Made by a program: the position numbers and the translations under genes. This document shows positions 1 to 7,626 of a DNA stretch of 28,214 bases, piece by piece. The notes beneath the pieces were generated by a model. It was given only the letters and a program-made list of their open reading frames with translations, did no database searches and was not told the DNA's origin. The DNA comes from Oligoflexales bacterium (GTDB lineage Bacteria > Bdellovibrionota_B > Oligoflexia > Oligoflexales > CAIYRB01): contig JBGSUI010000233.1 in NCBI GenBank assembly GCA_041736175.1, positions 1 to 28,214 of the forward strand, written 5' to 3'. Each line of letters opens with the position of its first letter. Position 1 is the stretch's first letter.

Positions 1-26
1 TCATATGCTGACGACTCCTCTCCTTT
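1..26 (-). promoter_or_regulatory. Ribosome-binding site and start codon of a divergent gene that runs off the left edge
   Basis: The minus strand reads AAAGGAGAGGAG-tcgtcagcat-ATG, with the ATG at 4..2. Confidence 0.45.
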
Positions 27-128
27 CTTAAAAAATAAATCCAAAAGTTTGTTTTTACTTGATTTATTAAAGTGCCTATGAATTGTAAATACCCCTAGAA
101 TATAGTGTTTATGAGACCATGAAATATC

Positions 129-1337
129 GTGGTGGCTCATACTTTTGGACGTAACGAAATGGGTCAGCTTGGGGTGGGAGACCAGGCTCACCGCTCAAGC
201 CCCGTCCAGGTGGGGAGTTTAAGCAGCTGGGTTCAGCTGGCGACGGGAAGCTTCTTCCATACCCTTGCCCGCACCGGGCCAACGAAGTTCACTTTGTGGG
301 CTTTTGGACGTAATGTTGAAGGCCAGCTTGGGGTGGGGGACGTGACCAATCGCTCAAGCCCCGTCCAAGTGGGAAATTTAAGCAGCTGGGCTGAGGTGGC
401 GGGGGGAACCTACCATACTCTGGGGAGAAGAACTGACGGGACTCTCTGGGCTTTTGGACGTAATGTTGAAGGCCAGCTTGGGGTGGGGGACACGTCTAAC
501 CGCTCAAGCCCCGTTCAGGTGGGTAGTTTAAGCAGCTGGGCTGAGCTGGCGGGGGGAATCATCCATTCTGTTGCGAGAAGAACTGACGGGACTCTCTGGG
601 CTTTTGGGAGGAACCCTTTCGGCCAGCTTGGGGTGGGGGACACGATTGACCGCTCAAGCCCCGTCCAGGTGGGCAGTTTAAGCAGCTGGGCTGAGCTGGC
701 GGGGGGAAACTACTATACTTTTGGCAGAAGAACTGACGGGACTCTCTGGGCTTTTGGGGAGAACAGTGATGGCCAGCTTGGGGTGGGAAGCACGACTCAC
801 CGCTCAAGCCCCGTCCAGGTGGGGAGTTTAAGCACCTGGGCTGAGGTGGCGGCAGGAACCTACCATACCCTTGGGAGAAGAACTGACGGGACTCTCTGGG
901 CTTTTGGAAATAACCCTTTCGGCCAGCTTGGGGTGGGGGACACGATTGACCGCTCAAGCCCCGTCCAAGTGGGTAGTTTAAGCAGCTGGGCTGAGGTGGC
1001 GGCAGGTAACAATCATACTCTTGGGAGAAGAACTGACGGGACTCTCTGGGCTTTTGGGGATAACGGTAGGGGCCAGCTTGGGGTGGGGGGCACATCTGAC
1101 CACTCAAGCCCCGTTCAGGTGGGAAATTTAAGCACCTGGGCTGAGCTGACGGGCGGAATCACTTATACTCTTGGCAGAAGAGTTGACGGGACTTTGTGGG
1201 CTTTTGGGAGAAACTTTACTGGCCAACTTGGGGTGGGGGACGTGAACGACCGATCTGCTCCTTTCCAGGTGGGTAGCCAGAGCAGTTGGGTCAGTATCAG
1301 CGGCAATGGATATTCAACGACCGCTCTAAAGTCCTGA
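129..1337 (+). CDS. RCC1/BLIP-II repeat beta-propeller protein, 8 repeats
   Basis: Eight copies of (DG)TLWAFGxNxxGQLGVG...SPVQVG...W..AxGxxHT, matching the RCC1 repeat consensus. No signal peptide. GTG start with no clear Shine-Dalgarno (SD) sequence. Confidence 0.93.
   Translation: MVAHTFGRNEMGQLGVGDQAHRSSPVQVGSLSSWVQLATGSFFHTLARTGPTKFTLWAFGRNVEGQLGVGDVTNRSSPVQVGNLSSWAEVAGGTYHTLGRRTDGTLWAFGRNVEGQLGVGDTSNRSSPVQVGSLSSWAELAGGIIHSVARRTDGTLWAFGRNPFGQLGVGDTIDRSSPVQVGSLSSWAELAGGNYYTFGRRTDGTLWAFGENSDGQLGVGSTTHRSSPVQVGSLSTWAEVAAGTYHTLGRRTDGTLWAFGNNPFGQLGVGDTIDRSSPVQVGSLSSWAEVAAGNNHTLGRRTDGTLWAFGDNGRGQLGVGGTSDHSSPVQVGNLSTWAELTGGITYTLGRRVDGTLWAFGRNFTGQLGVGDVNDRSAPFQVGSQSSWVSISGNGYSTTALKS
291..1334 (+). 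repeat. Intragenic tandem repeat with a 150-bp unit (7 regular units, preceded by a divergent unit at 129-290)
   Basis: act(c/t)t(c/g)tgggcttttgg recurs at 291, 441, 591, 741, 891, 1041 and 1191, with long identical DNA blocks between units. Confidence 0.97.
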
Positions 1338-1362
1338 TGGTCTGTGTAGCGGCGCTGGCTGA

Positions 1363-1432
1363 TAGGTGTTGTGCCAGAATAAATGAAACAGAATCCGATT
1401 TATAAGTCATTGGGCATGAAGCACAACACCTA
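1363..1432. repeat. Perfect 12-bp inverted repeat with a 46-bp spacer (possible miniature element or hairpin)
   Basis: TAGGTGTTGTGC at 1363-1374 and GCACAACACCTA at 1421-1432. Confidence 0.7.
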
Positions 1433-1555
1433 AATAGCTGTGCCTCCCTCCGCAAAGCCCAAAGGGCTCTGCAGCGTCAGGCCGGTAACCAAGGAGTGGG
1501 GGGGAGGGCGAGACTGCAAGTGTAGAGACAGAAGAAGCCCATGTCCCTGGTCAAG

Positions 1556-1629
1556 TTGTACCGGTACAAAACCTGCCGGAAGATCCCAGGTCCGCGCCTA
1601 ATCCCCCGAGTGCTTTAGTACCGGTCCAA
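1556..1629. promoter_or_regulatory. Pair of palindromic operator-like sites
   Basis: Perfect palindrome TTGTACCGGTACAA at 1556-1569 and a variant TAGTACCGGTCCAA at 1616-1629, exactly 60 bp apart, upstream of the ABC exporter. Confidence 0.45.
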
Positions 1630-1863
1630 AACGCGCCTGGACCTACAGCTCGTCTGGCCATACCAGCTGCTATCCGACACGAGGTGTGGCTCAGAGATCA
1701 AGGCCAATGCACTTGGGAGGGTCCAAGGGGCGCATGATGGTAGAATCTTACCAAAGGCCTTGCCCCCATGGAAGATTTTTTCTGGGAGAAATCTGTAGAA
1801 AAAAACAAAAATAGAGCTTAGACTGACTTAAATTTGAAATTGTGTGGGGCATAGGGTCATCCC

Positions 1864-3621
1864 ATGGAACTCATAAAAGTGTTTCTGCGAACCTTGCAGA
1901 TCGGTTACCGAGAGACTCTTCTCGTTTGTTTGATGACGTTGGCATCTCTGGTGATCGCGGTGGCCCAAATCCTCGAACCCATGCTTTTTGGGAGCGTGGT
2001 TGATGCCCTTTCTAAAGCAGAGAGCTTTAGCCGGTTTTTAATCTTTTGGGTAGGTCTTGGACTGGTTAACGCTACCTTTAGTATCTACCTGTCGATCGTC
2101 TCGGACCGGTATGCCCACAGGCAACGGTTGCGCGCTAAGGAACTCGCCTTTGAACGAACCATCGCTCTGCCCTATTATTACCATTCCCTCCATGGATCAG
2201 GAAAAATCATCCGCACCATCCAAACCGGTGCCGACCAGGTGTTTTATATCACCTTGTCTTTTTTTCGGGAAAACCTGATCGCTGCGGGAAATGTCCTGAT
2301 TCTATTGCCTATGGCTTTTACGATCAACTTTAAGCTGGCATCTGTCATATTTGTGGTTGCGGGAATCTATGGCGTTTGCAATTGGTTTGTAATCCGCCGC
2401 ACCCACCAGCGGCAAAACATGGTGGAGCTGAAACACCAGGAGCTCACGGCTCGTCTGGTGGATGTCATGGCCAACGTGGGAATTGTGCGGAGTTTTACCC
2501 GGGTCGCCGCAGAAATGGGGCTCTTTCGTGAGCTATGCCAGTCGGTCTTAACGGCCCAATATCCGGTGTTGACTTGGTGGGGGGTCTTAAATGTGATCAC
2601 CCGCCTGTCTTCGATGGCCGCAATGGTGACGATCGTGGCCATAGGCTCCATCATGGTGAGAGATGGGAGTGCTTCCCATGGTCAAATCGTGACCTTTGTG
2701 GGTTTTTCGACTCTGTTGATCGCCCGTTTGGAGCAACTTTCTGCCTTTGTCAACCGGATCGTCGCCCAACTCGCCACAGCCCAAAACCTCTTTTCGTTGT
2801 TTGACTATGTGGACCCGGAGCAGCTGCTGCAAGGCAAATTTAGTCGACTGCCTGTCCGGGGAAGGGTCGTCTATGATGATGTGAGTTTCCAGTACGGAGG
2901 TTTGACAGGGTCAAAGCAGGGGGTCTTTCACCTTAATTTTGTGATCGAACCTGGGCAAACCGTGGCGTTGGTTGGTCCCACTGGAGCTGGCAAGACGACC
3001 ATCTTGTCGCTTTTGCAACGGCTGTATTTCCCCCAGTCGGGGCGGATTTTGATCGACGATCACGATATCAAAGATCTTGCAGTGGAAAACCTCTCGCGTA
3101 TGATCGCAACGGTGTTTCAGGAGCCAGGGCTTTTTAACAGGTCTATCTTCGAAAACATTGCCGTCGGCCGTTCGGGTGCCACCCCTCAGGAAGTGGAGAC
3201 GGCAGCGAGGCTTGCCTTTGCCCACGACTTTATCGTAGAACGCCCCCAGGGCTATGATTTTGTGGTCGGAGAGCGTGGTCTTGCCCTATCGGGAGGGGAA
3301 CGGCAAAGGATTGCCATCGCCCGGGCGATCCTCAAAGATGCGCCGCTGCTCCTCCTCGACGAAGCCACCAGTGCTTTAGACAACGTCACCGAACGCAAGG
3401 TACAAGCCGCTATGGACCGGCTATCTGCGGGCAAAACCACTTTTGTGATTGCCCACCGCCTCTCGACGATTCGTGAAGCCGATCGGATCTTGGTGGTGGC
3501 GGATGGAAAAATAGTTCAGTCAGGATCCTATCCAGAGCTTAAAAACCAACCGGGACTGTTTGCCCACTTGCTCCAGGCTGGTCAAAATCCCACAGACTTG
3601 CTGATCCACGGGAATACTTAA
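1864..3621 (+). CDS. ndvA: ABC exporter (fused permease/ATPase), NdvA/ChvA-like cyclic beta-1,2-glucan exporter
   Basis: N-terminal transmembrane domain, Walker A GPTGAGKT, signature LSGGERQR, Walker B LLLDEATSALD, H-loop IAHRLST. The segments EPMLFGSVVDAL, QYPVLTWW and GFSTLLIARLEQ resemble NdvA as I recall it. Confidence 0.75.
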   Translation: MELIKVFLRTLQIGYRETLLVCLMTLASLVIAVAQILEPMLFGSVVDALSKAESFSRFLIFWVGLGLVNATFSIYLSIVSDRYAHRQRLRAKELAFERTIALPYYYHSLHGSGKIIRTIQTGADQVFYITLSFFRENLIAAGNVLILLPMAFTINFKLASVIFVVAGIYGVCNWFVIRRTHQRQNMVELKHQELTARLVDVMANVGIVRSFTRVAAEMGLFRELCQSVLTAQYPVLTWWGVLNVITRLSSMAAMVTIVAIGSIMVRDGSASHGQIVTFVGFSTLLIARLEQLSAFVNRIVAQLATAQNLFSLFDYVDPEQLLQGKFSRLPVRGRVVYDDVSFQYGGLTGSKQGVFHLNFVIEPGQTVALVGPTGAGKTTILSLLQRLYFPQSGRILIDDHDIKDLAVENLSRMIATVFQEPGLFNRSIFENIAVGRSGATPQEVETAARLAFAHDFIVERPQGYDFVVGERGLALSGGERQRIAIARAILKDAPLLLLDEATSALDNVTERKVQAAMDRLSAGKTTFVIAHRLSTIREADRILVVADGKIVQSGSYPELKNQPGLFAHLLQAGQNPTDLLIHGNT

Positions 3622-3647
3622 GCCTCTGTGGTTTTCCTTAAATCTAA

Positions 3648-3770
3648 CTATTTGACTCCTATATGTACATCCAGGTCTACTTTGGCCTTTGATACGAGAG
3701 CGACCGAAAAGGGCGGTAAAAGAGGTAGATCTTTTGCGCACCACTGAGATGCCGTGGGAGTTTCAACCAT
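3648..3770 (-). CDS. Possible 40-aa small protein or gene remnant (MVETPTASQWCAKDLPLLPPFSVALVSKAKVDLDVHIGVK)
   Basis: Translated by hand. AGGAG lies 5 nt before the ATG at 3770, which is 18 nt after the DUF4276 stop and on the same strand. Confidence 0.3.
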   Translation of the reverse strand: MVETPTASQWCAKDLPLLPPFSVALVSKAKVDLDVHIGVK

Positions 3771-3788
3771 ATGGACTCCTACCTATTT

Positions 3789-4352
3789 TTACCTGGAGAA
3801 AAGACAGAGTTCCTGTATTGCTCCGATGAGCATTTTGAAACTCCTTGACTTGTTTGTTGTCACGCTTAGGTGCTTAGAGATTTCACGAGATCCTAAAATT
3901 TTATGGTATCGATAATTCGTAATTTGTGAAAGCACTTGAACAGGATTTCCTAAGGAATCAGGATCTCTAAACTTTTTTTTGGACTGCAAAAGGCATAAGC
4001 CATCAATATTGAAAGCTGTTTCAACTGCTTGAAGGTCTCCCAAATAAAACGACTCCAATTCTCCGCATGCGATGCGCACTTTTACAATTTTTTGGGTTGA
4101 ATTGCACAGATTTTGAATTTCCCTTTTGAGTTCTTTGCAGTCACTGGAATCTTTATCGTGAATGATTATAAATCTAGCTCTTTTGTTGGTCCACCCAGTC
4201 AATTTTTTTTGGATATTTCTCTTTAAATCACTTTTTCCCTTAAAGACGATGTACCTTACGTGGATTTCAGGATCTATCGCTATTTTTTTTATAATCTCTT
4301 TCAAAAATTCAGCCGCGGAAGGCTCCTCTAGAAAGAAAACCAATTCTTTCAT
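3789..4352 (-). CDS. DUF4276-like protein (TOPRIM/OLD-like nuclease fold)
   Basis: FFLEEPS acidic motif, HDKDSSDC (DxD), ELESFYLGD and C-terminal NKSRSF. Coupled to the upstream ATPase by a 4-nt ATGA overlap. Confidence 0.75.
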   Translation of the reverse strand: MKELVFFLEEPSAAEFLKEIIKKIAIDPEIHVRYIVFKGKSDLKRNIQKKLTGWTNKRARFIIIHDKDSSDCKELKREIQNLCNSTQKIVKVRIACGELESFYLGDLQAVETAFNIDGLCLLQSKKKFRDPDSLGNPVQVLSQITNYRYHKILGSREISKHLSVTTNKSRSFKMLIGAIQELCLFSR

Positions 4353-5536
4353 ACAGGGTCTGCTCCCTGAAAAAAACCTTGATCCCAGAGATAGCCCATT
4401 TGGTCGCCATCCTTCATAAATCGAACGATCTGTTCATCGTCTGTAGCCCGTCTAAGCACGGAGTAACCGGATTTTTTTTCAATCCAAAAGACTTCGTCTA
4501 TTTGCGTTGCATTTAAGAAATCTGGTGAATGGGTCGAAACAAAAACTTGCCCACCTCTGCGAGCATATTCTCTAAACTCCTCTCCGAGTTCGGGAAGGAG
4601 TTTTGGATACAGTTGGTTCTCCGGTTCTTCGACGCAAAGCAAGGGATGAGTTAGGGGATCATACAATAAAACAAGATATGCTAACATTTTGATCGTTCCA
4701 TCGGACACATATCTAGCAAGAAAGGGGTCTTCAAAAGCGCCATCCTGAAATTTAAGCAGAACTCGCCCTTCTTCGGTGGTTTTTGCTTCTACATTTGAAA
4801 TCCCTGGTACCCTCTTAGTTAGTCTATTTAAAATCTTTTTGAATGTTTGTGGGTGTTGATTATGTAGGTACTGAATCACTAGAGAAAGATTTTCGGCTTC
4901 TTTTGAGAGTCGCTCGGCGTATCCTCCATCCTGTTCCGCTCGTGCTCGAGTGATGTGGAAGTCTGAAACATGCCAGGTTTCAATTAGATTTCCTAAGGCG
5001 ACGACTGCTGGGAACTTTTCAAATTGTGCCAACCCTTTTATAGCCAGAATGTCAGGAGATTTTAGTTGCTGCTCCTCTCTTACCAGATCCTTTATGTCAC
5101 TTACCTTTTCAAGCTCATTTGTGACTGCAGTCCCATTTCCACATTTAAAATCCAAAAAATTCCAAGGCGTGCCCCTTTTGCCGGGTCTGTACTTTAGAAT
5201 TTCTCGTGAAACAATTGGCTTCCCTTCCTTTTCAGAAATTTCTAGGTAGTAGGTTGTTAAAGGACTATCTGTATTTTCTCGGAACTTAATTTCTATCTCG
5301 ATCGGTCCTTCACAATTTCTACTCCTGACCTCATGAAAACCTCTGTTTCCACCCAGTTTAGTCAAAGCTATTGTAATATTTGATTCCAGAGCATCACGCA
5401 AAAAACTAAAGAGTGAAAAAAGCGTGGATTTTCCCGTGCCATTAGCTCCAATAATCACGCAAAAGTTTGGAATCTTGTCCATTTTTAGACTTTTAAAGAC
5501 TTTGAAGTTTTTTAGGCTAATCGATTCAATTTTCAT
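4349..5536 (-). CDS. Soluble ABC/SMC-like ATPase (AAA_21/AAA_15 type)
   Basis: MKIESISLKNFK start, Walker A GANGTGKS, signature VSDGT, Walker B/D-loop CVEEPENQL, H-loop STHSP. GGAGG SD. No transmembrane segments. Confidence 0.9.
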   Translation of the reverse strand: MKIESISLKNFKVFKSLKMDKIPNFCVIIGANGTGKSTLFSLFSFLRDALESNITIALTKLGGNRGFHEVRSRNCEGPIEIEIKFRENTDSPLTTYYLEISEKEGKPIVSREILKYRPGKRGTPWNFLDFKCGNGTAVTNELEKVSDIKDLVREEQQLKSPDILAIKGLAQFEKFPAVVALGNLIETWHVSDFHITRARAEQDGGYAERLSKEAENLSLVIQYLHNQHPQTFKKILNRLTKRVPGISNVEAKTTEEGRVLLKFQDGAFEDPFLARYVSDGTIKMLAYLVLLYDPLTHPLLCVEEPENQLYPKLLPELGEEFREYARRGGQVFVSTHSPDFLNATQIDEVFWIEKKSGYSVLRRATDDEQIVRFMKDGDQMGYLWDQGFFQGADPV

Positions 5537-5635
5537 TTAACCTCCAGTCTCCGGTATTTTATCTATTTAAGGAGCAGACTGAAGGTATAACTTAGGTGCT
5601 AACTTGCGGTCAAGAATCCATCTGATGATCATAGT

Positions 5636-7369
5636 TTATTTGTCGGGAAACAGCTTTTGTTGCTCTTTGAGATAACCCACTAACACATCGATTTGCTCAT
5701 CCGTCAGAGACTTGATCCGGTGGGGAGGCATGGTCAAGATATGCTCACCCTTGTGCATTTCTACAGGTTTCATCGAGGCGTCCATAAACTCAATCTTTTC
5801 TTTCTTAAGGCGTTCAGGGGAATAGCCAAATTTAAGGCGCGTGATGGCGATCTCAATCTCCGTGGCGGCTTTTGGCATTTTTGTGAAATCAACATTAAAT
5901 TTAGCACGGCTGATCGTCTGGTCTAGGTTTGAATTGTGGCATTGGCTGCAGGCTAAGATAAACATATCCTTAGCGGGCATCCCAGGAGCGATGCTAAAAC
6001 CTATTTGTGCTCTCTTTACAGGATCTGTCAAAAAGACTTCACGATGGTCTTCGAATTTATCCAAAGGAACAGTACCAGCGGTGAAAGCTCGGTATTGTTG
6101 GGTAAACTTGGTTAAAAGTGCGGGTTCGGTGACTTTAAGGTCCAAATAGGGAACAGGGATCGCCCGACCCGCCACGGATTCGGCAAAAAGCCGCTGCCAG
6201 GTGGCACTTGTTCCGTTGTTGGCGAGTTCGTTGCGAATGGTTGCGGTTTGAAATTCGTTGGGTTGGTTGGCGAAGCCGTTGCCCCGGACTAAATTCTCTA
6301 CTTTTTGGGGATCGGATGCTCTAATCATGGGTCCTGGGATACCGGCATAGGTTTCGGTGGTCGGGTGAGCTGCAAAATAGTCGTTGGTCAACTGATTGCC
6401 ATCGGTGTTGTCGCGAAACCAGTGGGTCCAAGGATTGCGGAGTTCTTGCATCCGTAGCATCGGCTGGTTGCCGGTAGGATTATGGCACTGAAAGCAGTCG
6501 ACAATGGTGTTACCAAGCTCTTCGGCTCGGTAGAGGGAAACCTCGGTCCAATTTGATTCAATGGCTGGAGTCAATAATTGGCCGGGATTACATCCTTGGG
6601 GTGTATCGTTGCAGGCCTGCCTAAAACTTAACAGAAAAAATTGTGGTTTACCCGTGGCCGTATCGTTGGCGATCAGCTCCACGAGCTGTTCTCCGCGGAC
6701 AAAGCCCATCACCACAAAGTTGGGATTTGCTGTATTATTGCCTAAGTTCTGCGGCGTCATAATCACTGCTCTTGGATTGATAGCTGAGACATAAAGACCG
6801 ACCAAGGAGCTTGAATGACCTTGGAATGCAAAGGCTGGGTTGCCCCCAGTGCCGTTTTGGCCGCGGGTAGTCAAAGCAGGATTGGTTACGGCAAGGCCTA
6901 GAGCTTGCTGCAATTCCACTAGGCTTTTAGGCCGCACCTTATCGACGCAAAATTTGGTCCTCACCACGTTTGCAGAAGTCGCTGTGGCGTTACAAAAGTT
7001 AGTAAACTGGATTTCGCTCCGAGGGAGTTTCTCTAATAAAGTGAGCTCATCGACGGCGGCGAATTTCTGGACGCCATCTTCCACCACAGTTGGGACCATC
7101 TCCTTAAGGTCTGGGGGTACATTGCTGCCTATCTCTACAGGAGGAGCCTCTGGACTACTGGCACTACCCCCGCTAACGGCGGGAGTTTCGCTAGGGATGC
7201 TGCGACCTTCTGAATCTTTTTTAATCTCCTCTTTGGACTCGGCGTCGGCGGTTGAGCCCGAAGCTGGTGCGTCGGAGTTCGCTGGAGACTTAGGTTTAAG
7301 GGCTGTACTGGAACAGTTTGTGAGAACAAAAAAAGCTGTCAGTTGTATGAGTTTAAAGCGGTTTTCCAT
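5636..7369 (-). CDS. Lipoprotein with two c-type heme motifs (putative diheme cytochrome c)
   Basis: Signal peptide ending VLTN-C, an S/P/A/E-rich linker, then CFQCH and CSQCH. AAGGGAG SD. Confidence 0.7.
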   Translation of the reverse strand: MENRFKLIQLTAFFVLTNCSSTALKPKSPANSDAPASGSTADAESKEEIKKDSEGRSIPSETPAVSGGSASSPEAPPVEIGSNVPPDLKEMVPTVVEDGVQKFAAVDELTLLEKLPRSEIQFTNFCNATATSANVVRTKFCVDKVRPKSLVELQQALGLAVTNPALTTRGQNGTGGNPAFAFQGHSSSLVGLYVSAINPRAVIMTPQNLGNNTANPNFVVMGFVRGEQLVELIANDTATGKPQFFLLSFRQACNDTPQGCNPGQLLTPAIESNWTEVSLYRAEELGNTIVDCFQCHNPTGNQPMLRMQELRNPWTHWFRDNTDGNQLTNDYFAAHPTTETYAGIPGPMIRASDPQKVENLVRGNGFANQPNEFQTATIRNELANNGTSATWQRLFAESVAGRAIPVPYLDLKVTEPALLTKFTQQYRAFTAGTVPLDKFEDHREVFLTDPVKRAQIGFSIAPGMPAKDMFILACSQCHNSNLDQTISRAKFNVDFTKMPKAATEIEIAITRLKFGYSPERLKKEKIEFMDASMKPVEMHKGEHILTMPPHRIKSLTDEQIDVLVGYLKEQQKLFPDK

Positions 7370-7626
7370 CTACTACTCTCCCTTGAAGGTTGTTCTTATC
7401 CGTTAAACTCTCTTCGGCGTTCTTCGCTGAAACAATAAGTGACTTCGTTTAGTTAATAAGAATTAGATAGATACATCTGATTATTTTATTATACCTAGAT
7501 GCCAGATTTCTGGCTTTACTCAGCCACGCCCCCCTGTTGATGCCCTATTCGAAAGAATCGTCCTTTTAAATTTTGCGAATCTCTCCTATAGTTTGCGAAA
7601 CCCTTTACGCAGATGAGACCGCAAAA

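Noticed and set aside
559..1107. Repetitive antisense ORF of 182 aa
   Set aside because: It is a shadow of the RCC1 repeat; an open frame in one unit propagates through near-identical units.
291..1334. CRISPR array
   Set aside because: The period is 150 bp, in frame, and encodes RCC1 repeats. There are no unique spacers and no cas genes.
1363..1432. Integron attC site
   Set aside because: GTT precedes AAC, the reverse of attC order, and there is no integrase or cassette array.
1436..1540. c-di-GMP-I riboswitch (CGCAAAGCC) or other structured RNA
   Set aside because: The upstream GGCAAAC...GNRA stem and the receptor motif are not present. An Rfam scan would settle it.
6840..7406. 188-aa plus-strand ORF
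   Set aside because: Antisense to the cytochrome lipoprotein, with no recognisable motifs.
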